Shown here: piece by piece, positions 49,630-61,265 of the stretch
Layout of the letters: every line of letters begins with the position of its first letter
How positions within the stretch are numbered: the stretch's first letter is position 1
Source of the DNA: Antedon mediterranea
Taxonomy: Eukaryota; Animalia; Echinodermata
Assembly (NCBI RefSeq): GCF_964355755.1
Contig: NC_092674.1
Coordinates: 21,514,001-21,578,000, forward strand
DNA: 64,000 bases
Reading direction: 5' to 3'
The notes under the pieces: generated by a model
What the model was told of the DNA's origin: nothing
The model's input: the letters and a program-made list of their open reading frames with translations, nothing else
Databases searched by the model: none
Translations under genes and position numbers: made by a program

Positions 49630-49702
49630 TTAGACTCATACGCAAGTAAACTGAAAGTAAAACCAAGACCAGTGTCCAGGCCATTATCAAAAAACGAAAC
49701 AT
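49630..49702 (-). CDS. Host gene exon 1 (signal peptide MFRFLIMAWTLVLVLLSVYLRMSL)
   Basis: ATG, hydrophobic core, gtaagt donor in phase 1. Confidence 0.85.
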
Positions 49703-50333
49703 TCTACATCCACAGTAATCAACAGATTAAAATCCGTCCATCGGAAACGAACTCTGTGTAAGAATTGCTTATTCCCAATGAAACATTGGAGATTAGGATC
49801 TGAGTTTTGTTTTTATAGAATATAATATAATATTACCGTCAGCTAGTTTGTGAACGATGATCAAAAGCAATTCATTTTTAATAAAGAGTCCTAAAATATC
49901 AATATTGTTATTATACTCTCTTCGTGTAAAACGTGCTTTAGATAATGCATTGATGATTTTAATTAAATGCGAACACACACTATAGGCCTACTAGCCTGTT
50001 TTTAAGAGTATAACGCATGTTAGGTAGTCACGCTATCGTGAAAAGTTTAACGACGATTGTTGGAAAACAATAAAGTTGAAAGAAATATTGATAGCCTGAA
50101 AATTAATTTTCTAGCGTTGAATGTAATTTGTTTATTATTATTATTATAATTTTTGTTTTAATGTTAGAATTGAGACTTTTATAGAACATGAACCCAGTGG
50201 AATGAATTTTTGACCTTTGGTCCTAAGCTTTCAACGCCTGAGCCTCCGTCCGATCATTGTAGCGTTGTATAGCCAGTTCTTCTGTTATTCCAATTGATCG
50301 AAGTATATAAACCACAATACATTACATGATAAA

Positions 50334-51395
50334 CTTCAGTAATAAGCCTGTGTCTGTTGGCTTTCTATAAACCCGTGTGTGCAATTTTTCCAAATCTTTG
50401 GTTATCAGCATTCCTAGGAAAGGGATTGAATTGTTCACGACAGTTTCCATTGTGAACGCTATCGCAGGATGGGTTGTGTTAAGTAAAGCTAAAAATGCAT
50501 TGGCTGCTTCTAGATTTGGCATGAATTGTGTCATTGCTACACTACAATAGTCACGTTGACAACAAGTATAAAAGGTCACTTATTATAACTATGTTAAATC
50601 GGGCTTACAAACTATCGTCGACCCACCAGCTTTTTAATGATGAATGTGAAATTCTAAGGAAGATTTTTAAGCGTCTGAAATATCCAGATGAACTAATAAC
50701 AACAACCAAACAGAACTTTAAACCAGCAGAGAGCAATAACAACACTGCAGAAGGTAAAACAGATTTATCCGAAATACCAGTGCGAATCATCCTGCCATTC
50801 AAAGACCAGAAATCTGCGAACTCCGTCAAGCGACAACTATGCCAACTAAGTCACAAGATAAACAAAAACATTGTCCCTGTATTCATAAGTAAAAAAGTTA
50901 AAGATAACATTAGGAAAGTCGAAAAGAAACCTACTATTATAAGTCAACAATGTGTTGTGTATAAATTTAAATGTGACTTGTGCGATGCAAGTTATGTGGG
51001 ATATACATGCCGACACCTCTACCAACGCATTGTTGAACATAGTAGGTGCTTAATAGGACATCATTTGAAGGATCATAATGTGATTGTTAATCCAAGTAAA
51101 ATTAATTCATGTTTTAGTATACTTAGGAAATGCAAAAACAAATTTGACTGTCTTATCTATGAAATGTTGTATATCAGACAATTAAAACCTAGTCTGAATA
51201 AACAAAGTGACTCTGTAAAAGCTAAGCTTTTCATTTGACAGGATGTTAGACAATAGGTCTTTTGTTATTTAAACTTTGACCCTTGGCTTGTGCTACTTAA
51301 TTAGTTGTTGTTTTATATTTTATTCATTGGACTTGATAATGACCCCATGATGGAGTCGAAACGTCGTTCTCTTTTAAGCGTTATTTTTATATTAT
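50334..51395 (+). mobile_element. 5'-truncated PLE with 5' inversion and hammerhead-like motif (51330-51368)
   Basis: ORF 50528-51238 with GIY-YIG (CVVY.F.C..C...YVGYT); upstream RT segment 50334-50527 on the opposite strand; GAC-TTGATAA-TGAC..GTC-GAAA-CG-TC-GTT. Confidence 0.88.
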
Positions 51396-51583
51396 GTATT
51401 TACAATATTCGTAATATGAATGTTATAGTTATTAATAGCATTGGATAATGACACTCCGTCGACAAATGTACCAAGGTATGAATTTCGAAAGCCGATACCA
51501 CGCAATAAACAAAATCAAGTCTACAAATAAGAAAATACACATACAATGTCTGGTTTTTAAAAACTTTCTTTGAGAGTTACATT

Positions 51584-52596
51584 TCAATTAACATAATGCT
51601 GAAATAAACATTTTTGGTTAACTACGTCGTGATCATCGTCCGATTCATCGCTGCTATCATCGTCCAACATTTCTTGAATCGATTCCACTGCAGTCTTGTA
51701 TCCAAGTTGTCTGTTTTTAACGTTTGCTGAAAGTGAACATAGACCTACCATCTTATTGTAATTCATGCTCTTTTCTGATTTTGTGAGAGAGTTATCTTCC
51801 TCCTTGAGTCAATCGTAATGCAATCTGTCAAACGTTCTTAATTCAGAAAAAAGGTGAATCCTTCTCCAACTTTAGCATGGCGTTTTGAGACGAGGATAAA
51901 AGTCGTGAATAATTAACGTTTCGTTTGATCAACGATGACAGCATTTTCTCACCATTTCGAGTCTTCAAAGCCTGATTGTATACTTTCTGCATTTGCCTCG
52001 TCTTTTCTTCGAATTTGTGTTGCATGACGGCAATGTTACGCATGGATTCTACTAGTTCGCGCCTCACATTGAGCGAATTTATCGATAGCATACCGTATCG
52101 TACGGTATCCAGGCAACGCAAGGCGTTCGTAAGTGAAATTCAGTACACTATCACAATGTTTAACAAAACGCCTGTCATCGTATAGAAAACAAAGTCCGTC
52201 TGCGCTTGGAATTACGTCAAGATCACATCGATGAATTGTTAACGGGCCTCCTTCCGATACGAGCATGTACGAGAACATGTGCCAAATTAATATACATTTT
52301 TACATGCTTGTAACTTGATCGTCTTTATTAAAGTTTGTTCTCGGTGTCACCTTACTTAATTCTTTCACGTAATTACAGACACTTTCTACGTCCACATCGC
52401 ACGCCTCCATAAATTTTCTGAACGCCATTTTGTGTCCAATGATCGACGGATCGACTTCCGTGCTCGGTTCGACAACAAGACGAAACAAATTTGCACGTTC
52501 TATATATTGAATGTCTTTGTCTATCTCAATTCTAAGTGCGATCATCAATGCGTTTGTTAAAACCAAACTCATCGTAATTGTCTTTTAATGATGATA

Positions 52597-52639
<43 letters not shown>

Positions 52640-53860
52640 CGATGATGATAGACATGGAAATGCAAAGAGCGGTCGGTTTTTATTCGTTCCGTTTCACTCA
52701 ATACCGTAGTGACCAGATGGCGACACTCGTATCGACGGTTTTCATCTTTTATGCATCAACAATATTTGTAGCCAACGACCGTGACGCCATCCGATCGCCC
52801 TTACAATCACACATCTCTAAATTGTTGATAATCGTTCGAGAATCTTGAATGAATGTACATTTGTTCAAGCAAACAGCACATCTCGTCACAATTTAATTTC
52901 AATGTCAGTCATTGTACAACACTTGGTGTCTGTGTCGTACAAAAGACGTTCGATGAGCGCAATGCAACGTGCGTAATAATATATCCTTTTTGGTAATGGA
53001 TTGTCTAAATTTCGTTTGAATTCTTCTATCATTGTCTTCAAGGAATCTTCATCGTCGTCGTGAGAGACCCCTCTATCCACCTACGTTCAACGCGTAACTT
53101 TTCCATAGTTCAAACGACATACTAAAATATGGAGGTAATCAATTGTCTTTCCTCTTCCTCTTTGTTGTCGTCCTTATGCCGACGGGTATTCGCTATTATA
53201 TTGCTCAAAAGAAGATTGATTAAGATTAAAAAGTTATCGGAGCTGGTAACCGGATTGGATCGACCATGGTGCTGCAGTGATTACCGTTGGATTATGTCTT
53301 TTATTGTTTTCAAAAATGCGTCCGGCCAATTGTACAAACCAATCTTACTTCTTCAAATCTATACGCATATTTTTGCCGAAAATGACAAAGCGTGTGTCGC
53401 CTCTATGACGATACTTGCCCGAATTGTCTGAAGTAAGAAAACAAATGGGGACTCTACTTTGGCTTGGTTTCAATAGTGTCTCAGCTAGTATAAGTAACAC
53501 AAACACAATCATTTTCAGTACAGTCCTATAGCCTTCGGTTTCCAAATAACTCATGATTAGGACGTATTACTAGGCCTATGATCGACAAAAAGTGTATTTT
53601 GTACTCGTCGTCGTCATCATCATCAACAACAATAACATCGCCATAATACGTCGCGTGATTATAACAGTTATTGTACTTATCACTGAAATGTTCAGTCACT
53701 GCCCATTCCAAAGACAACAATTTGAGACAACCTGAGTGTAAGTGGTAATTCTCCGATAACCCGCATTTTTTCCTTTCTGTCTTTGATAAAGTAAGTAAGT
53801 AAAGTAACACAAACGATAAAGCTGATATGGGTTCTTCACCTACTAATTCATGGATGACCT
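51584..53860 (-). pseudogene. Cluster of decayed intronless ORFs of unknown origin (virus- or Polinton-like?)
   Basis: Closely packed minus-strand ORF pieces 52300-52572, 52036-52278, 51843-52121, 51584-51766, 52886-53080, 53526-53810; CpG-rich; poly-Asp tracts; no recognised motif. Confidence 0.45.
52588..52650. repeat. (ATG)n microsatellite
   Basis: Read directly. Confidence 0.95.
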
Positions 53861-53991
53861 GTTTATATTCGTGACAAATTAGTTACAGATTTTAAACATT
53901 GTTTCAATAGTCTTAAATATTCATATGCAAGTCATCAAATATAAATTTGGCTTTTTATTCCTAAATTGTTTTGTTTATATATATATATATT

Positions 53992-55635
53992 TACCTTCGT
54001 GATATATTAGTCAGATCCAAATTTAAGAGTGAAATTAACTCTCATGACAGCCAAAATTTGGGCAGTCACCTTTGCGGCAAATCTTGCAAAACTTGTTCAT
54101 TGGTTGATTCTACTGAAAAATTTGAGAGTAACCAAACTGGCCGCATTTTTCGGATAAGACAATCAATTAATTGTCTAACCAAAAACGTCATGAATGAACA
54201 AGTTTTGCAAGATTTGCCGCAAAGGTGACTGCCCAAATTTTGGCTGTCATGAGAGTTAATTTCACTCTTAAATTTGGATCTGACTAATATATCACGAAGG
54301 TTGGGAGGTCTACGAAATGCAATAATGGGTGGTTCCGGAAAAACAGTTCCTGAGACGTTCTGTGGACTGTAGAATGGGCATATGTTTCTCAATAATAGCC
54401 CGTAATGGAGGCAACCTAGGTGGTAGGTTGTGACCAATGGCACTCTGGTCAAATTTTTTGGCTGACGTGGTTTGTACGTCAGTGTTTGACATTGAGGAAT
54501 ATCTTTTGCTTTCTTTATAGCAGTTTCGATGTATTCCTTCTTGTAATTTCTATTCCGGAGATGTCCGGTTAGTTCTTCGGTACGATTCTGAAAATCTAAA
54601 TCTGAAAAACAGATACGTCCGATACGTAATGCTTGACTGTACGGTATGTTTTTAGTACAGTGTCGGGGGTGACAATTGCTAGGGAGCAGGTACATATTTT
54701 TATCCGGCCGTGGGTTTACGGAATAGGTCAGTTTTGAGTGTACCATTTTCTATGGTCACTATAGTGTCCAAAAAACCAACGCTACTAGTGGATTTGGTAG
54801 CTGTAAATTTGATAGTTGGGTGGGCTGAATTAATATTGAGAAGAAAAGATTCCAAATTATCTTCACCATGAGTCCAGATCATGAAGATGTCGTCAATGTA
54901 TCTAAACCAAACAAGTGGTTTATTTGGTTGGAGGGACAGAAAATTGGCCTCAAATTGTCCCATAAATAAATTTGCAAAAGATGGCGCCATTTTTGTGCCC
55001 ATCGCTGTGCCATGAATTTGAAGGTAATGGTCATTTCCAAAAATAAAATTGTTGTTGGTTAAAATCAACATGACCAGTTCTCGTAAATGAGCTTTAGTAG
55101 GCGTTTTGCCTGGAATTTGTATGTAATTTAAAATACATGCGTCGGCTCCTTCTTCGTGAGGGATATTAGTATACAATGATGAAACATCTAATGTAGCCAG
55201 AACAGAATTATTAGGTAAATTTTGAATTTAGTTAATTTTGCGGATAAAGTCCGTGGAGTCCTGAATGTATGAAGGGAGATCAGTCACATGTGGTCTTAGT
55301 AAATCATCCACATATTCAGAAATTTTCTCTGTAGCAGTACCATTGCCCGAAATAATGGGTCTACCAGGATTGCCTGCTTTGTGGATTTTAGGTAGAAAAT
55401 AAAATCTGCCTGGAACTGGATTGACCTGTGCCAAATGAGGTCCAATCTTAGGATCGATGGAGTGTTTTTTTACCATCACAGAAACAGATTTGGCCACCTT
55501 ATCAGCAATTTCCGGGGTGGGATCCGTTGTAAGTTTACGATAATGAAGAGGATTGTTTAGCTGTCTTAAGGACTCCTCTTCATAAAATTTGATATCCATG
55601 GCAACAGTGGCAGAACCTTTATCAGCGGGTTTAAT
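53992..55635 (-). mobile_element. Neptune-type PLE copy 1 (RT), ending in an inverted duplication at 53992-54190; bounded by (TA)n
   Basis: ADKG, PKIHK..PGRPII, LDVSSLYTNIP, GTAMGT..APS.ANLFM, RYIDD, C..SC.TC linker. Confidence 0.9.
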
Positions 55636-55651
55636 GATATATATATATATA

Positions 55652-55968
55652 AAAATACTGAAAGATGAGGGCGTATCAATTTGATCTCTGATGCGCGTGC
55701 GTACAACTGAGGACTAGTGCTGTTCCGCCGTACCACGCCGAGAATGTTAAAGAGTCGTTATCCAATCGAGTTCGAACAATACCATGAAAGCCCCAGTGGT
55801 CTAATGGTTAGGACATCTGCATATCAAGCAGGCGGTCCGAGTTTGAGTCTCGGTTGGGGCGACTTTTTCTCATTCTCACATATTTCCTCATCTTTATCGT
55901 TTCAAATTAATTAATTCAATTTCAGTATATCACCGGGCGGTTTAGAATTAATGTTCTTTGCCTCTTGT

Positions 55969-55971
<3 letters not shown>
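55652..55971 (+). mobile_element. tRNA-containing element, subfamily B (tRNA core 55790-55861)
   Basis: Homologous to the units at 3-6 kb; lies in (TA)n. Confidence 0.88.
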
Positions 55972-56054
<83 letters not shown>

Positions 56055-56094
56055 CATGTAGCTGGCCGCACTCCTCAGGTGAAATATAAAACAT

Positions 56095-57574
56095 ATATAA
56101 ATCCAAAGGCAAATTACTGAAAAAAATGACAATGCTGTGGGTATCAATGGCTGGATCTCAATGGAGATACAAAAATAAAAAGCGAAAAGCTAAATCAAAA
56201 CGATAAAGTAAACAGCCAGAAAAGTTAGCAGAGCTTTCGGGCAACACTAGCCCTTCATCAGTGCAAGTGAAGGAATTTGGATAACGTCATAGTATAAAGC
56301 TGGCAAGTGCTGCCTGGGTGGACAGGAATAAAAGAAATATAACAAAGGGAGCCAGGGTGAAGTCTGAATAAGAGTAGAAAACAAAGAAGGTAGCGTGGTA
56401 GAGATATAAACAATTTTGGAATGAGACTAAAAAACAGCTTAAATGGTTTGTTAATATTGAAACTTAAATTTTGGTAGTCAATGGAATAATTTTACCGATC
56501 TGGGAGTATGTTCCTAATGTTAAGTCCAAAAGGTTTTGTGGTTTTAAGTAGTAATTCCCAGTGGTTTTTTTTGTCTTTGCGAGTTTTGTCGTTCCATTGG
56601 ACATCGTGGTCTATTGCAATAACTCTGAAATTTGCAATCGAGTGACCAGCTGAATTAAAATGTTCGGCTACAGGTTGATCACGCTTAAATGTTTTGATAG
56701 CTGATCTATGTTGTGTCATTCTCATACGGAGAGTGTTTTTTGTTTCTCCGACGTACTGTTTGCCACAAATATTACAGTATATGAGATAAATGACGTTTTT
56801 GGTTAGACAATTAATTGATTGTCTTATCCGAAAAATGTGGCCAGTTTGGTTACTCTCAAATTTTTCAGTAGAATCAACCAATGAACAAGTTTTGCAAGAT
56901 TTGCCGCAAAGGTGACTGCCCAAATTTAGGCTGTCATGAGAGTTAATTTCACTCTTAAATTTGGATCTGACTAATATATCACGAAGGTTGGGAGGTCTAC
57001 GAAATGCAATAATGGGTGGTTCCGGAAAAACAGTCCTGAGACGTTCTGTGGACTGTAGAATGGGCATATGTTTCTCAATAATAGCCCGTAATGGAGGCAA
57101 CCTAGGGTGGTAGGTTGTGACCAATGGCACTCTGGTCGATTTTTTTGGCTGACGTGGTTTGTACGTCAGTGTTTGACATCGAGGAATATATTTTGCTTTC
57201 TTTATAGCAGTTTCGATGTATTCCTTCTTGTAATTTCTGTTCCGGAGATGTCCGGTTAGTTCTTCGGTACGATTCTGAAAATCTAAATCTGAAGAACAGA
57301 TACGTCCGATACGTAATGCTTGACTGTACGGTATGTTTTTAGTACAGTGTCGGGGGTGACAACTGCTAGGGAGCAGGTACATATTTTTATCCGTGGGTTT
57401 ACGGAATAGGTCAGTTTTGAGTGTACCATTTTCTATGGTCACTATAGTGTCCAAAAAATCAACGCTACTAGTGGATTTGGTAGCTGTAAATTTGATAGTT
57501 GGGTGAGCTGAATTAATATTGAGAAGAAAAAATTCCAAATTATCTTCACCATGGGTCCAGATCATGAAGATGTC

Positions 57575-57577
<3 letters not shown>
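56095..57577 (-). mobile_element. Neptune-type PLE copy 2, 5'-truncated, with intact GIY-YIG and 3' pseudo-LTR
   Basis: ORF to 56492 (VIYLIYC..C...YVGET...R..QH); pLTR 56095-56290. Confidence 0.92.
56228..56264 (-). ncRNA. Minimal type I hammerhead ribozyme in the PLE pLTR
   Basis: Same intact core as 1322-1358. Confidence 0.85.
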
Positions 57578-57616
<39 letters not shown>

Positions 57617-57620
<4 letters not shown>

Positions 57621-57971
57621 AAATCAGGCAAAGAACATTAATTCTAAACCGCCCGGTGATATACTGAAATTTAATTGATTAATTTGAAACGATAAAGATG
57701 AGGAAATCTGTGAGAATGAGAAAAAGTCGCCCCAACCGAGACTCGAACTCGGACCGCCTGCTTGATATGCAGATGTCCTAACCATTAGACCACTGGGGCT
57801 TTCATGGTATTGTTCGAACTCGATTGGATAGCGACTCTTTAACATTCTCGGCGTGATACGGTGGAACAGCACTAGTCCTCAGTTGTACGCACGCGCACCA
57901 GAGATCAAATTGATACGCCCTCATCTTACAGTATTTTTATTCACGAGGAGGGATCTCCGAAGAGATACTTT
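57617..57971 (-). mobile_element. Full-length tRNA-containing element, subfamily B (tRNA core 57728-57799)
   Basis: Fully paired D stem GTCT/GGAC, TCTGC/GCAGG anticodon stem, intact T arm; flanked by (TA)n. Confidence 0.9.
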
Positions 57972-59539
57972 TATATATATATATAAACAAATCAGGCAAA
58001 GAACATTAAATATATATAAACTTTTTTTTATTGGTTTTCATTTGTTTAACTGTATCATCTGCCTTTTCCAGATTCGATTTGGTGAATCAAAATTCCAAAT
58101 GCCAATCAGTCTTTCTGACCTAGCTCACCAATTAGGCCACTCATCCTGAGTTCTAGAAACTACGTTGTCGGCTTTACATTTGCAACCTCCCTAAAGCTCT
58201 GTAGTATAGTTGTTCTATGGGCTGCCGTCATGTCCTGTAGCTTTTTTCATATTCCTCATGTAAACTAATATTTACGTGTCATTATCAGAACCATTATCAA
58301 TCGGGTTGACGTCATATTTCTTGAGTCTTCCGCCATCTATTCCTCCGGGAAGTGTCTCCAAAATGTTGTCCCTGGTTAGTGAGTTAAGAGGTCTAAAAAT
58401 AGTACACAGTAAATGATGACAAGGATTTTATACAAAGATGTTACATTCATATAAGTGGCAAATTTTTAATAACCTTCTCATCATAACATTTGCTTAAAAC
58501 TAGTTCTGCTACTGCATTTCATTAAACTCTAAACTAAAAATAGTAAATAAAATAAGGTCGCTTTCAATAAATAATGGACCTGTAATAAACCTCAATATAA
58601 ATAATACATGGTGGTTTGTACCTGTGTCTATATGGGCGCGTTTATACAACACGCTATTACACGCATATTCAACAGGCCTACAAGAAGTGTGTTGTAACAT
58701 CGAAGAGATTCCGTGTAATGAGATTTTAATTTTCAAAAAAGACTACTTGGTTGAATACAAACATTTTGTGGATTCCCGGTTGCTGTTGGCGTGTTGGAAG
58801 TGTCCTCATGGTATTGTTTTGACCTTTTGTTAAATAAAAGTATGTGTTATGAAAATGTTGACTATATATCTAGTAGATAATTGTGCTTTTTTTTGCATAT
58901 TTTAACCGATTTGGGAACTTAACCTTAACGCTAATCAAATGTTAGCATAATTTGGCAAAATGTAGCATAGTGTTATCCTAATTCTAAGTATTTTTTTTTT
59001 CTAATTTCAAAGGCAGATTTTAAAAATCAATAACTGAATAAGCTAAATTTTAAACGAAATCATCCTTTTTATTAAAATTTTTAATAAACTCATATTATTC
59101 ATAATGCATGCGAGTATATATACAACTTAGGATTATGAGCTATGGTATAACACGGTATTACGATTTAATGTATAACTGCAAGTTTTTTGTGGGGTTGGCC
59201 TTGGCCCGCGCTAAAAATTAAAGACGTGTTCAAATTTGGTCACTATTTTTTTATACCTATACAAAAACGCAGTGATATATACGCCAACAAGAAGTTAACA
59301 CCAAAGAGATTCCGTGTAACGAGATTTTAATTGCGAAAATACCTATTCCTAAAATGTTGTGGATTCCTGGTTGCTGCTGTCGTGTTGGAAATATCGCCAT
59401 GGTTTTGTTTTGACCTCTCGTTAAATAAAGTATGTGCTGTGAACATTTTGACCAAATCTAGTAAATAGTAAATTGTGCTTTTTTGTTAACATCGCAAAAA
59501 TTAAATACCTTAATAATTATATTGTATAAAGACAACCTT

Positions 59540-60130
59540 AGGGTATGTTCAGACGGCGTTAGGGTTAAGGTAGCGTTAGGTGTCTGAACAAGGCCACGGA
59601 TTAGCGTTAGGGAGCTGTTAATAACCATAGCAAGAGAGGGTAGATTTAATAACGCTAATCAAGTGATGCATCAGTGATTTACCAATGAAAATACGAGACA
59701 CGACCACGGTTAGCAGGCCAACAGCATACCTGTAAAGCGAGATATCTAAACGTCAAACTATCAGGTTTTCAATTTTAAAGAACAGTTGGCGTCAGTGATA
59801 TGATAATTTCATAAATTAAATAAAATAATCAGATAATTGTCTGTGTACTAATTATGTTTGAAATTATTTTGAATTAGAATGCAATTCTGCAAGTAGTAAG
59901 AACAAATCAGTATATTTTGAAGGTAACATTATACAAATAAAAAAAAACAACTTTACAATGTAAACTGTAATGCGTTTGTCATGAATGTATACATAGGTCT
60001 GCTTAGACCTAATGATGAGTGTTTTACAGTAAACGTAAATAATTGGACTGCTCATTGTTGTGTCTGAACACATTAACATTAACGCCGTACGCCTTGCGTT
60101 ATATAACAAACCTAACGTGAATCTAAACAT
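59540..60130. mobile_element. PIF/Harbinger-like MITE remnant
   Basis: GGGTATGTTCAGAC start with inverted GTCTGAAC motifs. Confidence 0.4.
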
Positions 60131-60554
60131 CTCAGTTGTCCTAGTAACCAGGCTGAATCCGTGGCTGTTAAACTAGCTTCAAGTAAGCCTCAAGTAATAT
60201 AGGCTTCAACCCTCTCTGTGTACAGAATATATTTATCCTATCGGTAATCATATCTACCACTCTGAACAACAGTTTAATTTTCCTAGAATTCTTAACTAAT
60301 CAAAGAAAACATAATCGATAATGAACTATTAACAACGTAATAGTACGAAACAAAACATCATGAAAATAGAATTAGATATTACTTGACATACCTAAAAACA
60401 GTACACAGTAAATTATGACAATGATTTTATACAAAAACCATTCATAAGTGGCAAATCTTTAATAACCTTAGGCCACCTATAAACGTTGTCGAAGTGTATT
60501 TGGACTATTCAAAATTGGGCCAGGGTTGGCGTACTATATAGTATAGTATCCATT

Positions 60555-61265
60555 TCACATTGGGCTATATTTTGTACCATGCCCCTCAGCCCAGTAAATA
60601 TTTGTATAATATTTCAACGCACCTCGGTAAATATTAGATTTTAGTTGATTAAGAAAAAATACTGTATAACTAGATTGTATTTATTAAAATGATCAATATA
60701 GTAAAATAAATTGAAAAAAATTGACTATACTTATTTCCTTTTAATTAACAGTAAACTAATAAAAAACATGCCGACTGCTGCCTTAATTAACAATTTTATT
60801 CATGCATATGAACTGGGCAGTTGTATTGTAGGTATGGTAAACTGCTCGCTATGTATTATTTTGTTACGGTTATAACACAATTATTTACTGGCCTTTCATT
60901 GGTGCATGGTACAAAAAATAACCCTCTGTGAGACGTACTATATCCCGATACGAAGTCTCGGGATATAGTATACAGTAGTATCCAGATCACATTGGGCTAT
61001 ATTTTGTACCATGCCCCTCAGCCCAGTAGATATTTGTATACTATTTCATCTCACCTTGGTAAATATTAGATTTTAGTTGACAAATCTAGTATAAATTCTA
61101 TGATATTTAAAAGAAAAAATACTGTATAACTAGATTGTATTTATTAAAATTATTAATATAGTAAAATAAATTGAAAATGTTGACTATACCTATTTTCTTT
61201 TAATTAACAGTAAACTAATAAAAAAAATGCCAACTGCTGCCTTAAATAACAATTTTATTCATGCA
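60555..61265. repeat. Local ~260-bp duplication (60555-60810 / 60987-61265) including a small inverted-repeat (Crypton-like?) element at ~60870-61045
   Basis: Repeated CACATTGGGCTATATTTTGTACCATGCCCCTCAGCCCAGTA block; inverted TATTTACTGG..CATGGTACAAAA. Confidence 0.6.

Noticed and set aside
52588-52848. Poly-Met protein
   Set aside because: Translation of an (ATG)n microsatellite.
54066-57631. Selenocysteine-encoding (Naiad-like) PLE
   Set aside because: No in-frame TGA within the long ORF; the interruption at 55228 is TAA and the others are frameshifts.
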